NCBI GenBank assembly: GCA_030647355.1
Contig: JAUSIS010000013.1
Coordinates: 177,165 to 241,164, forward strand
Length of the DNA stretch: 64,000 bases
Origin: a bacterium
GTDB lineage: Bacteria; Patescibacteriota; UBA1384; VFKW01
Direction of reading: 5' to 3'
The notes beneath the pieces were generated by a model, which was not told the origin of the DNA, searched no databases, and saw only the letters and a program-made list of their open reading frames with translations. This document shows, in pieces, positions 49,820-59,689 of this stretch; position 1 is the stretch's first letter; the number at the start of each line of letters is the position of its first letter. The position numbers were made by a program, and so were the translations under genes.

Positions 49820-51121
49820 ATGGCCGAACAAAAAACAAAAATAGCTTTAATATGCAACGACTATATCGGATCAAAAATGGCTGGACCAGGTATCCGTTAT
49901 TTTGAAATGGCCAAAGTGTTCTCTCAACATTTCGAAACCACCTTATTTGTACCCGACTCCTGCGATTTTAAATCTGACGACTTCCAAATCATCACTTACA
50001 ACTCCGCTAAATCCAGCTCCAGTATAGCAAAAAAACTGGGTAATTGCGACTATGTCATCGCCCAGAACCTCCGCCCTACCCTCATAAAATTTATAAAACA
50101 AAATAAAATCCGCTATATTTCCGATCAATATGACCCTCTCCTCATTGAAATTCTTGAATATACAAAAGGTGATTCCCAACAATTAAAACAAAACACTTCA
50201 AAATTTATATATCATCTGACCATGCTGCAGTTTTTCACTGCTGACCATGTTCTTTGCGCCTCTGAGATTCAAAAAAGTTTCTATCTCGGCTTAATGTCCG
50301 GTAACCAACTTATATCCCCAAATGAATATAAAAATGACCCTGGTCTCAATAATTTTATGAGTTTATTGCCCTTTGGCATTTCCCAAGACAAGCCGATATA
50401 TACAAACCCAAACCAGATGGAAGAAAAATTTCCGCAAATAAAACCTGATGATAAAATTATTTACTGGGGTGGGGGAGTGTGGAATTGGTTCGATGCTCTT
50501 TCTGCCGTCAAAGCAATCGAGATTATCTCCAAAAAACGCTCCGATATTAAACTTTTCTTTTTAGGCACACGGCCTCCCAACCCCAAAATCAAAGAAATGG
50601 CCATGGTAGGGAGAACTGTCGATTATTGTCGCCAGCACAATCTACTTGATAAATTTGTCTTTTTCAATTTTGGCTGGACCCCTTATGAGGAAAGAGTCAA
50701 TTACCTACTTCGTTCCTCTGTCGGCATCTCAACTCATTTTTCTTCACTTGAAACCAGATTTTCCTTTCGCACCAGAGTGCTAGATTATTTTTGGGCCGAA
50801 CTTCCCATGGTCTTAACCAAAGGTGATTATATGGCCGATCTAACACAAAAACATAATCTCGGTCTTGTAGTCGATTATCAAGACTCTACGGCTATCGCCG
50901 CCGCAATTGAGAAAATCATCGATCATCCCGATACTTACAAAATAATGAAAGCCAATATCGTCGAGTTCAAAAAACAATTTTTATGGGAACAATCCGCCAA
51001 AGAATTAATTGAAAAGGTTAAATCAGATAAAATAGTTTTCCATCCCATAAGCCCATCCAAATTTCAAGCCTTACAATTTAATTTTTACTACTGGGGATTT
51101 AGAAAGAAATTTTTCAAATAA
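49820..51121 (+). CDS. Glycosyltransferase, GT-B fold (GT4-like)
   Basis: 433 aa. Two-lobed Rossmann-like organisation with a conserved E in the C-lobe. Confidence 0.45.
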   Translation: MAEQKTKIALICNDYIGSKMAGPGIRYFEMAKVFSQHFETTLFVPDSCDFKSDDFQIITYNSAKSSSSIAKKLGNCDYVIAQNLRPTLIKFIKQNKIRYISDQYDPLLIEILEYTKGDSQQLKQNTSKFIYHLTMLQFFTADHVLCASEIQKSFYLGLMSGNQLISPNEYKNDPGLNNFMSLLPFGISQDKPIYTNPNQMEEKFPQIKPDDKIIYWGGGVWNWFDALSAVKAIEIISKKRSDIKLFFLGTRPPNPKIKEMAMVGRTVDYCRQHNLLDKFVFFNFGWTPYEERVNYLLRSSVGISTHFSSLETRFSFRTRVLDYFWAELPMVLTKGDYMADLTQKHNLGLVVDYQDSTAIAAAIEKIIDHPDTYKIMKANIVEFKKQFLWEQSAKELIEKVKSDKIVFHPISPSKFQALQFNFYYWGFRKKFFK

Positions 51122-51158
51122 TATTCATATAATCAAAAAAGTTACAAAAAAGGTAAAA

Positions 51159-52610
51159 ATGGAACCGGATATTCACGCCAATCCTAATAAAATCGCTTCC
51201 AACACTCTTTTCCAGATTATTTCAAAATTTGCTATCCTTTTATTGTCTCTAATTGCGATTAAAATTATTACCAATACACTTGGTGTCAGCGGTACGGGCT
51301 ACTTTAACACTATTACCACCTATTTCGGGTTCATCATCATTGCCGCTGATTTAGGACTTTTCTCTGTCGCCGTACGCGAAATTTCCAAACAACCGGAAAA
51401 ACAAAGAAAAATTTTATATAACGTTTTTACAATAAGACTGATTTTCTCAACAATCTTTACAATTATCGGTATTTCCCTCGCTTTCTTGACACATTACCCC
51501 TCCCAAATAAAATACGGACTTCTTATTGCTAGCTTATATCCGATTATAAATCTTGTCTCCAGCGTTTATGATATCTTTTTTCAATACAAATTAGAGATGA
51601 AAAAAGTCGCCATTTCTGAACTTTTTTCAAAAATTATTACTACCGTTATTTTACTCATTTTTACTTATTATAAGGTCAATTTTTACATCTTTATGACTAC
51701 CATTCCCATCGCCGCCCTCCTAATATTTATCTGTAAAATCTACCTTAGCCGCAATGAATTAAAGCTCAAATTTGAATACGACAAACCAGTTTATAATAAT
51801 CTATTAAAAATGTCTTTACCTTTAGGTATTGTCTTTATTGTTAATAATTTCTATTTTAAAGTTGACACATTGATTCTCTTTTTCTTTAAAGGCGCTACTG
51901 CTGTCGGTATTTATTCCGTTACCTATCGTATCCTCGAAACCACTCTTTTCACTGGCTCATTTCTTTCAAGTTCATTAAAACCATTACTATCCACCTCTGT
52001 TCACAACGATCCGGCTAAAACCGAAAAAGCCCTCCAGCGCGGTTCGGCCTTCTTGGTTTTTATGGCTTTATTTTTGACCATTTCTTGTGTTACCTTTCCA
52101 AGAGAAATCATCACTCTTTTAAGTAACAACTCCTTCATTTCCGGACAATACGCCCTAGTAATTCTCGGTTTCGTCTCTATATTTATCTATACCGGCGGCT
52201 TACTTGGCGAAATTATGATTGCCCTTGATCTTCGTCGAATTTTAATTCGTAACTCAATATTCATCTTACTTTTCAATGTTATTCTTAATGTCCTGGTTAT
52301 TCCTCGCTATTCCTTCACCGGCGCCGCCGTTACTACCTTGATTTCAGAAATTGTATTATTTACCATCACCGCTACGATAGTAAAAAAATATTTCAAACTT
52401 GCTTTTGATTGGCCTAGAATTGCTAAATTACTTGGTATCGCATTTTTATCAATCCTGCTCGGTTATACCTTCAAAAGCTATACACCATTTCTATTAAATC
52501 TTCCTTTAGTGTTATTATTTTATGCCGTCATTGCATATTTTGCCGACGCCATCCCCAGAGAAATTACCGATAATTATCTCAAAACTATAAAATCCCGTTT
52601 CTCAAGATGA
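51159..52610 (+). CDS. Polysaccharide flippase (Wzx/MOP superfamily)
   Basis: 483 aa, 14 predicted TM helices. N-terminus typical of the polysaccharide biosynthesis protein family. Confidence 0.65.
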   Translation: MEPDIHANPNKIASNTLFQIISKFAILLLSLIAIKIITNTLGVSGTGYFNTITTYFGFIIIAADLGLFSVAVREISKQPEKQRKILYNVFTIRLIFSTIFTIIGISLAFLTHYPSQIKYGLLIASLYPIINLVSSVYDIFFQYKLEMKKVAISELFSKIITTVILLIFTYYKVNFYIFMTTIPIAALLIFICKIYLSRNELKLKFEYDKPVYNNLLKMSLPLGIVFIVNNFYFKVDTLILFFFKGATAVGIYSVTYRILETTLFTGSFLSSSLKPLLSTSVHNDPAKTEKALQRGSAFLVFMALFLTISCVTFPREIITLLSNNSFISGQYALVILGFVSIFIYTGGLLGEIMIALDLRRILIRNSIFILLFNVILNVLVIPRYSFTGAAVTTLISEIVLFTITATIVKKYFKLAFDWPRIAKLLGIAFLSILLGYTFKSYTPFLLNLPLVLLFYAVIAYFADAIPREITDNYLKTIKSRFSR

Positions 52611-52613
52611 TAC

Positions 52614-52640
52614 AAAAATGAGTCGCTAGCGACTCATTTT
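52614..52640. terminator. Bidirectional rho-independent terminator
   Basis: Perfect palindrome aaaatgagtcgc-ta-gcgactcatttt just after the flippase stop. Confidence 0.65.
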
Positions 52641-52694
52641 AATAATTCTTACTGTCCACCCCGACCGAAGTGTCAGGGCTGGCCAACTTACTTT

Positions 52695-52937
52695 TTTTGG
52701 GTTAGCATATGAGGCTACCGAATCACCCAATCTTCTTTCCACCGCCTCATAATTCACTTTTTTACCACTTGCTCACTCTACCTCGTCAATTACTTCAAAA
52801 ACCGTATATCCTTTGCCGGTTCCCAGATTAAAAACTCCAGATTCATCCTTTTCCATTAGCAGGGTTAGGATAATATTAAAAGCTCTCCCCGCTACTTGTA
52901 TTATTGTGTTGTAGGCAACGTTTCTCGCAATAGTCAT
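52695..52937 (-). pseudogene. Decayed fragment of a galE-type epimerase C-terminal region
   Basis: Minus-strand frames read ...RAFNIILTLLMEKDESGVFNLGTGKGYTVFEVIDEVE* and KVNYEAVERRLGDSVASYANP. These match ...KALKLLLDGDKSDVFNLGTGTGYSVLEVLSEVE and KINYKVVDRRPGDPAVSYANP of the intact epimerase at 53568..54749. Frameshifts and stops present. Confidence 0.6.
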
Positions 52938-53006
52938 ATATCTTCCGACCTATTATACCATAAAAAACGGACAATTTCCGCGTCTTAAACTATATTTTAG
53001 CTATAA

Positions 53007-53528
53007 TTACTGGCTCGTTTTATATACAAATAATTGATTACTAAGCAGCTCGTTTTCCGGTAGAACTCTTAATCCTTCCTCCAAGGTCTTTACCGCCTCA
53101 TCTTTAAGATCAAGCTTAAACTGAATTTCAGCTTTTTCAAGATAAAGAGTCACCTGTGAAGAATCTAGTTTGATGGCCGAATCCAAACTTTGCAGAGCAT
53201 CATTGAATTGCCCTTGATTCTTACTATCCATCGCATTCTGATAATAACTCGCCACCGTAGCTTGAGTTTTAGAAGTTATTGGTGGTTGAACCGTTGGTGT
53301 ACTGGTCGAGGGAGAACCTCCGCCGCCAGGGCTGCCGCCCTTAACGTCGGGTTCTGTTTGAGAAGGGGCTGTACTGCCAGGAACATCTGGCTGATCAACT
53401 TGCATCTGCACTGGCGGCTTTGTACTTTTCGGTTTGGAAGAACGAATAAAAATTAAGGAAACGCCCACACAGACAAGAACTATAATGGCTAAGATTACCA
53501 ATTTATGTTTGCCTAAAAATAACCCCAT
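53007..53528 (-). CDS. Membrane-anchored protein with Pro/Ser/Thr-rich linker and TPR-like C-terminal domain
   Basis: 173 aa. One N-terminal TM, low-complexity linker (GGSPGGGGSPSTSTPTVQPP), helical C-terminus. Confidence 0.4.
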   Translation of the reverse strand: MGLFLGKHKLVILAIIVLVCVGVSLIFIRSSKPKSTKPPVQMQVDQPDVPGSTAPSQTEPDVKGGSPGGGGSPSTSTPTVQPPITSKTQATVASYYQNAMDSKNQGQFNDALQSLDSAIKLDSSQVTLYLEKAEIQFKLDLKDEAVKTLEEGLRVLPENELLSNQLFVYKTSQ

Positions 53529-53567
53529 CGATACTCCTCAATATCATTATAACACGCCAGGTAATCA

Positions 53568-54749
53568 TCAGTCACCATATCCTTTGAGATGGGTAGAATG
53601 CCACTTCCAGGCAGTTACTGCCATATCCGCCAAACTATATTTCGCTTTCCAGTTCAGCTTGTCGTTAGCTCGCTTGGGATTAGCATAAGAAACCGCCGGA
53701 TCCCCTGGACGCCGATCAACAACCTTGTAATTAATCTTTCTTCCGCTTGCCTTTTCCACCTCTGATAAAACTTCTAAGACTGAATATCCCGTGCCTGTGC
53801 CTAAATTAAACACATCCGATTTATCTCCATCAAGTAATAATTTAAGTGCTTTCACATGGCCATCCGCTAAATCTAGTGGATGAATATAATCTCTGACACC
53901 CGTTCCATCTTTTGTTGGATAATCGTTCCCAAATACTTGCAGCTTGCCCAAATTTCCTAAAATACTCAAGATAGTTCTTGTCATAAGATTCGTCGGTTCT
54001 GGCTTGTCATCCCCCATCTTGCCGTCCAAACTGGCTCCGCAAACATTGAAGTAACGGAGCGCTACGCATTTAATACCATAAAGTTTATCGTATTTTTCCA
54101 TAATTATTTCATCAAATAATTTGGTTAAACCATAAACCGATGAAGGTATCATAAGCTTAATTTTTTCTTCATCGGTAAGCAATAAATCTTGGCGCAAAGC
54201 AAACATTTGTTGGTAGCTCTCCAATATTTTTCCCAAAAACTCGTTTTTTTTCACTTTCTGCCCGTCCCAGTGACCTTCCAACAAACAAGACTTCCCGGGT
54301 TTAAAATCCTGCAAGTAATTCTCTTCCAGCGGAAAATATTTATCTTCCGGATCGCCATATACAGCTGCGGTTGAAGATTTAATAATATACTTACATCCCT
54401 TTTCTCTCATCACATCAAGCAGTTTAATGAAATTTTCCACATTATTTATCATGTATTTTTTGGGATTTTCCATTGATTCGCCCACCGACAAATAAGCCAC
54501 AAAATCAATCACTGCTTCAATTGGATATGTATCAAACACTCGTCTAACCCCTGCAATATCAGCTAAATCTACAATTTCCAGGTGCAATTTACTACTGACA
54601 CCAGACCCCTGACCACCTAGAGCGGCGCTTAGCGCCGCCTCATGCCCATTCTCTAAACTATCCAGCACCACAACTTCCCAGCCATTATTTATTAGTTCTC
54701 TAACTGTAAAACTGCCAATATAGCCAGCCCCACCAGTTACTAGAATCAT
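53568..54749 (-). CDS. NAD-dependent sugar epimerase, GalE family with about 55-aa insertion
   Basis: 393 aa. ILVTGGAGYIGSF, SSTAAVYGDP, YGLTK, and C-terminus as in UDP-glucose 4-epimerase. Extra segment between VYGDP and YGLTK. Confidence 0.8.
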   Translation of the reverse strand: MILVTGGAGYIGSFTVRELINNGWEVVVLDSLENGHEAALSAALGGQGSGVSSKLHLEIVDLADIAGVRRVFDTYPIEAVIDFVAYLSVGESMENPKKYMINNVENFIKLLDVMREKGCKYIIKSSTAAVYGDPEDKYFPLEENYLQDFKPGKSCLLEGHWDGQKVKKNEFLGKILESYQQMFALRQDLLLTDEEKIKLMIPSSVYGLTKLFDEIIMEKYDKLYGIKCVALRYFNVCGASLDGKMGDDKPEPTNLMTRTILSILGNLGKLQVFGNDYPTKDGTGVRDYIHPLDLADGHVKALKLLLDGDKSDVFNLGTGTGYSVLEVLSEVEKASGRKINYKVVDRRPGDPAVSYANPKRANDKLNWKAKYSLADMAVTAWKWHSTHLKGYGD

Positions 54750-54756
54750 AAAACTC

Positions 54757-55608
54757 CTATCTGGCTTTCAAATAATCTGCCAGCGCCGATTGCCAATCTC
54801 TCATTACTATCCCCAGATTAGCTAATTTTGCAGTAGACAGCACTGAATATTGTGGCCTTTTGGCCGGCCCTGGATATTCATTTGTAGAAATAGGGGAGAC
54901 CTTAATCTCTTTATTTACTAGCCTAAAAATCTCGCATGCGAAATCATACCAACTACAATGCCCGGAATTAACCGCATGGAAAACTCCGGTAACATTTTTA
55001 TCAATCAATTTTTTAATTGCTCCTGCCAAGTCTTTAGTGTAAGTAGGGGAGCCAACTTGGTCGTTAACCACTCCCAAAGTTGTTTTTTCTTCGGCTAATT
55101 TTAGCATGGTCTCAACAAAATTCTTTTTACTTCGAGCTCCATCGAGAAGCCCGTTTTCCCCATAAAGCCAAGCAGTTCGAGCAATAATGTATTCCGGTAA
55201 ATTAGAAATTCTTTTTTCGCCAGCTAACTTGCTTTTCCCGTAAATACTCTGCGGGTTGGTCTGATCGTTTTCTTTGTAGGGCTGTGTTGCTGTTCCGTCA
55301 AATACATAATCAGTCGAGACATAAACAACTTTAGCCCCAACCTCTTTTGCCAATTCTGCAACATTTTCAGTAGCTTCATCATTAATTAAAAAAGTGGTTT
55401 TTTGGTCTGATTCGGCACCGTCAACATTGGTGTACGCGGCTGCATGAATAATGACTGCTGGCTTAAATTCTCTGCCAACCTTGAGCACTTCCTCACGATT
55501 GGTAATATCCATCTCTTCTTTATCGGTTGCCAAAATCTCATCATCGGCAAATACTCTTTTCAACCAATAACCAAGCTGTCCGTTAGCCCCCGTAATTAAT
55601 ATTTTCAT
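54757..55608 (-). CDS. rfbD: dTDP-4-dehydrorhamnose reductase
   Basis: 283 aa. MKILITGANGQLG, catalytic YGKSK. Confidence 0.9.
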   Translation of the reverse strand: MKILITGANGQLGYWLKRVFADDEILATDKEEMDITNREEVLKVGREFKPAVIIHAAAYTNVDGAESDQKTTFLINDEATENVAELAKEVGAKVVYVSTDYVFDGTATQPYKENDQTNPQSIYGKSKLAGEKRISNLPEYIIARTAWLYGENGLLDGARSKKNFVETMLKLAEEKTTLGVVNDQVGSPTYTKDLAGAIKKLIDKNVTGVFHAVNSGHCSWYDFACEIFRLVNKEIKVSPISTNEYPGPAKRPQYSVLSTAKLANLGIVMRDWQSALADYLKAR

Positions 55609-55675
55609 TTTTCTCCTCTGATAAAAACAGGCTTCCTGCTACTTAATCGAGCATATGGTTATGAGGAGAGTTAAG

Positions 55676-55722
55676 CGTAGTGCCGTTCAAGTTGCGTTAG
55701 CAACCTGAACAAAACGCTCTCC
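55676..55722 (-). promoter_or_regulatory. Conserved 5'-UTR hairpin motif (copy 2), about 68 nt upstream of the rfbD start
   Basis: aagcgtagtgccgttcaagttgcgttagcaacctgaacaaaacgctc. About 85% identical to 15701-15744. Same distance from a minus-strand start codon. Confidence 0.4.
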
Positions 55723-55764
55723 GAATGACTATACGCTCGATTTATCATCCCTTTTCCTTAGTTA

Positions 55765-56778
55765 TTATCTATTACTATACTGCTTCTTATAATAATCCTG
55801 ATATTCGCCCGATTTTACTCTTTTCCACCAATCCTCATTATCCCGATACCATTGGACCGTTTTCTCCAACCAGTCTTCAAAATCATGCTCTGGCTCCCAA
55901 CCCAATTCCCGCCTGATTTTACTGGCATTAATCGCATATTTTACATCATGTCCGGGACGATCTCCTACCATTTCAATCTTATCTTCACTCTCTCCCAGTA
56001 TTTTCAGGATCATCCTCGCCACTTCCAAGTTGGTATATTCCCGATGCTGGCTGCCCACCAGATATGTTTCACCTATTTTACCCTTTTCCAAAACCAAATC
56101 TATGGCACGGCAGTGATCAGTCACATAAAGCCAGTCGCGTACCTGATTCCCTGGTTTATAAATGGGGATTTTTTTACCTTCCAAAATATTAGTAACTGCC
56201 AATGGAATAAGTTTCTCCGGAAAGTGATATGGTCCAAAATTATTTGAGCAGTTAGTAATAGTAATCGGCAAGCCGTAAGTGATGTGATATGCCCGCACCA
56301 AATGGTCAGAAGCCGCCTTGCTTGCCGCATAAGGACTACGCGGGTTATATGGACTGTCCTCCACCCATTCTTCCTTAGAATCCAGCTCAATCATCCCATA
56401 AACTTCATCAGTCGAAACATGATGAAACCTTTGTACCTTTAATTCTTTGGCAACATTCAGCAAAACCTGCGTTCCGATCACATTGGTTCGGACAAAAACC
56501 GCCGGACCGGTAATACTCCTGTCAACATGCGATTCTGCGGCAAAATGCACTACTATATCGCAGCCTTGCATAGCCGATTTCACATGCTCATATTCACAGA
56601 TATCACCCTTAACGAATCTATATCTTCCATCCCCGTCAATCTCTTTTAAATTCTCCAAATTTCCCGCATAGGTCAGCGCATCAAAATTAACGATCTCGAT
56701 ATCGCTATGCTCATTAAGCATATAACGAATAAAATTCGACCCGATAAATCCGGCTCCTCCGGTTACAAAAAGTTTCAT
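55765..56778 (-). CDS. rfbB: dTDP-glucose 4,6-dehydratase
   Basis: 337 aa. MKLFVTGGAGFIGSNF, YAASKAASD catalytic motif. Confidence 0.93.
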   Translation of the reverse strand: MKLFVTGGAGFIGSNFIRYMLNEHSDIEIVNFDALTYAGNLENLKEIDGDGRYRFVKGDICEYEHVKSAMQGCDIVVHFAAESHVDRSITGPAVFVRTNVIGTQVLLNVAKELKVQRFHHVSTDEVYGMIELDSKEEWVEDSPYNPRSPYAASKAASDHLVRAYHITYGLPITITNCSNNFGPYHFPEKLIPLAVTNILEGKKIPIYKPGNQVRDWLYVTDHCRAIDLVLEKGKIGETYLVGSQHREYTNLEVARMILKILGESEDKIEMVGDRPGHDVKYAINASKIRRELGWEPEHDFEDWLEKTVQWYRDNEDWWKRVKSGEYQDYYKKQYSNR

Positions 56779-56779
56779 G

Positions 56780-57262
56780 TTACTCCTCTTTTAGTAAATC
56801 CCAATCAAATCCTATTTCCTTATCATATGGATCAATTCTCTCTTCGTCCGGATTCGTGCTGTCGTAGGCTTTCGTTACATGATAAAAAAGCAAACATGGT
56901 TCTTTTGACAATACCTTGTAACCGTGCACCACTCCGACCGGAATCAAAACCAACTTATAGTCATCAGTTCCGCCATAAATCACATCCGTCTGACCATGCG
57001 TTAGGGAATCTTTCCTTTGATCATATAATACTATCGCCGCCTTGCCGGAAGCCAGAAACCATAAATCATCTTGATATTTGTGCCAATGAAACGCCTTTAT
57101 TGTACCCGTGTGGGCAATCGTAAAATTACTCTGTCCAAATTTAGACATCAAATTATCGTCATCCCGCAAAACTTCCATCAAAACACCGGGTTTGATGTCT
57201 TGTTTTAAATCCGGCTTATCTTCCCAAACCTTCAGTTCTTTAATTTTCACTCCATCTATCAT
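56780..57262 (-). CDS. rfbC: dTDP-4-dehydrorhamnose 3,5-epimerase (RmlC-like cupin)
   Basis: 160 aa cupin with HxH..F/W..Y pattern. Immediately follows rfbB. Confidence 0.75.
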   Translation of the reverse strand: MIDGVKIKELKVWEDKPDLKQDIKPGVLMEVLRDDDNLMSKFGQSNFTIAHTGTIKAFHWHKYQDDLWFLASGKAAIVLYDQRKDSLTHGQTDVIYGGTDDYKLVLIPVGVVHGYKVLSKEPCLLFYHVTKAYDSTNPDEERIDPYDKEIGFDWDLLKEE

Positions 57263-57410
57263 CTTTCTACCTTCCTCGCTTAGTTAGTTATTCTTTGTTA
57301 AAAACCCTCGCGCAGACCGAAGCGGGCATGGTGTCGCAAAGCGACGAGCAAGGACGAGCGGGAGCGCAATTTTCTCGCTGGGAAAATTGATAGCGTGTTT
57401 TCGGCAAAGC

Positions 57411-58133
57411 TTAACTAACCGTTTGTTTGGCCTTCTCCGCCATAATATTACTAATACTCAAAAGTCCCTCAAATGTCCCCGCATCTTCCCAAACACCTTC
57501 AATAATATTTACTTTCAATTCTTTCATCTGTAAAAACACATTATTCAAATCGGTTATTTCAATCTCTCCTCGAGCGGATGGCTTCAAATTCTTCGCCAAC
57601 TGAATCACCTGATTATCGTAAACATATAACCCCACCACCGCATAGTTGCTTTTTGGCTTTGTTGGCTTCTCTTCGATCGAGAGAACGCTCATTTTGTCGT
57701 CAAAATCCACTACTCCGAACCTCTCCGGATCTTCCACCTCTTTGGCAAATACCATCCCGCCTTTTTCAAACGATTTAATCTGCTTAGTAAAATCGTGGTC
57801 AAAGATATTATCACCCAAAATCATTGCAACTGACTCCTCGCCTATAAAATCCTCACCTACAATGAATGCATCTGCCAATCCTCTGGGTTCCTCTTGAATC
57901 GCATAACTGAATTTAGCCCCAAAATCTTTGCCTGAACCCAAAAGATGCATAAAATGGCCGGCATGTTCCGGTGCTACGATAATTAATATCTCCTCAATAC
58001 CAGCTTTTACCAATGTCTCAAGCGGATAAAAAATCATCGGCTTGTTATACACCGGCAATAACTGCTTGGAGGTGACTTTAGTTAGCGGTCTAAGTCGTGT
58101 TGCTTTCCCTCCCGCTAAAACAATCCCTTTCAT
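57411..58133 (-). CDS. rfbA: Glucose-1-phosphate thymidylyltransferase (short form)
   Basis: 240 aa. MKGIVLAGGKATRLRPLT...KQLLPVYNKPMIFYPL. Confidence 0.9.
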   Translation of the reverse strand: MKGIVLAGGKATRLRPLTKVTSKQLLPVYNKPMIFYPLETLVKAGIEEILIIVAPEHAGHFMHLLGSGKDFGAKFSYAIQEEPRGLADAFIVGEDFIGEESVAMILGDNIFDHDFTKQIKSFEKGGMVFAKEVEDPERFGVVDFDDKMSVLSIEEKPTKPKSNYAVVGLYVYDNQVIQLAKNLKPSARGEIEITDLNNVFLQMKELKVNIIEGVWEDAGTFEGLLSISNIMAEKAKQTVS

Positions 58134-58277
58134 ATTTTCCTTTCTGACTCAAATTTTCTTTACTTCGAGTTTGCATAGCCCTTCCTCATCATTGCGAGCG
58201 TAATGTGGCAATCTTTCCCTTTCCCAACTTACTTCTTACTGCTTATTGCTTAATTCTTACTAACTTGCCGGCCTTTC

Positions 58278-58832
58278 TTAAAATCTCAAAAAATGTCTAA
58301 CTTTATCTGTAACATGTTCACTCGCCGTTGGATGTTCGGGTAAATACCTTAGTAAAAAATGCCTGACTTCCTCGACCGGCTGATCCTCCAGCAAGAGTGA
58401 TAGGGGTAAGCCAACTTCCACTTTCTCAAAGTGTGCAACCGGACTTGGCTGCTCCGTTATCCAGAAAGATTTCAACTTATCATAGCTATAAACATATCCC
58501 ATGATAACCACGCCATTCTGCCCCAATTCAGCTTTGAATTTTCTCGGCTCGATATGTCCATATTGTGCGAACACAAAGATGAGCAAAATCATTACCAGAA
58601 TTAATGAGTAATCGGCTAAAGTCAACTGATACCCAAAATACTGCGCGGCCGCTACAAACAGGAAAGATAACCCTAGAATCAAAATAACTATTCCAAAGAT
58701 CCAGTACTGATTCTTTGAGTAGTAGTGAAATTCTGCCGCCTCCCAATTAATACTCTCTTTAGGCGCTAGACGTTCTATATGTTTATACTTTTTCTTAATG
58801 TTCTTCTTGGTAATATCCGTGCATTTTTTCAT
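58278..58832 (-). CDS. Hypothetical membrane protein
   Basis: 184 aa with two central TM helices. No recognisable family. Confidence 0.4.
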   Translation of the reverse strand: MKKCTDITKKNIKKKYKHIERLAPKESINWEAAEFHYYSKNQYWIFGIVILILGLSFLFVAAAQYFGYQLTLADYSLILVMILLIFVFAQYGHIEPRKFKAELGQNGVVIMGYVYSYDKLKSFWITEQPSPVAHFEKVEVGLPLSLLLEDQPVEEVRHFLLRYLPEHPTASEHVTDKVRHFLRF

Positions 58833-59023
58833 TTTCCCCTCCTATCTCGAGCAAGCCGAGATAATTACTCACCTGTAATATATCATTGATAGTAAGTGTT
58901 AGTCAATAAAGTTTTATTATCGATGGCAAAAGAAATAATTAAAAAATTACAGTAATCACGCCAGATAAACCACCAGCACACCTGAAATACCTCAAATATT
59001 TGAGATTTTACCATCAATCACAT

Positions 59024-59049
59024 GGCGGGACACCCGGGTCTAGAACCTT
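59024..59049. repeat. GGCGGGACACYCGGGYCTAGAACCTT motif, copy 1
   Basis: Identical-orientation copies at 59024, 60828 and 62059, each in a minus-strand intergenic region. Confidence 0.6.
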
Positions 59050-59082
59050 TATTTACTTCAATATCTCTTTCTTCCCCCTACT

Positions 59083-59649
59083 TTATTGTGCGGCTGGCAA
59101 TTCGGGTGGTAGGGATTGTTGATACAATGTTTGCAACCAGTACGTACCTAGTATTACTAAGCCGACTACTATGATAATAGATAGGATAAAAACAACAACA
59201 CCCCATTTCGTCCATGATTGCTGGACGGCCTTAAATTGTTCCACGTTTTCAAACTTACGGTTCTTCCATGCCCATTCATTACCTTTAATTCCCAGAATGA
59301 TAGCTACGACTAAGGTCATCGGACCAATTAGAGTTAAGAGTATGACACAGATTTGATAGGCAATTGACCAAGCTTGTACGCTACCGTTAATACCAATGAT
59401 ACCCAGGATAACGGTTATAGCTAAACTTAATGGCCCAATGAGAGCAAATAATCCAATCCAAACCCGATTGCCGATTGACCAAATCCATGTCAAGGAAAAA
59501 GCGCCCCAATTCCATCGATTTAACTCTGGAGGAAAAGGTCTATTAGAGCCACCGGCACTCGGAGTTGCATTAGCAGAGGGACCAGTCAGCCTAGACAAAG
59601 TATTGTCTGCAGACGAGGCAGGGGACGTCGAAGATATAGTTTCTTCCAT
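59083..59649 (-). CDS. Hypothetical membrane protein with Pro/Ala/Ser-rich N-terminus
   Basis: 188 aa. Low-complexity N-terminus then about 4 TM helices. Confidence 0.4.
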   Translation of the reverse strand: MEETISSTSPASSADNTLSRLTGPSANATPSAGGSNRPFPPELNRWNWGAFSLTWIWSIGNRVWIGLFALIGPLSLAITVILGIIGINGSVQAWSIAYQICVILLTLIGPMTLVVAIILGIKGNEWAWKNRKFENVEQFKAVQQSWTKWGVVVFILSIIIVVGLVILGTYWLQTLYQQSLPPELPAAQ

Positions 59650-59689
59650 GTTTCCTCCTTATCTATTATACCTGCCAAGTAAGTGATCC

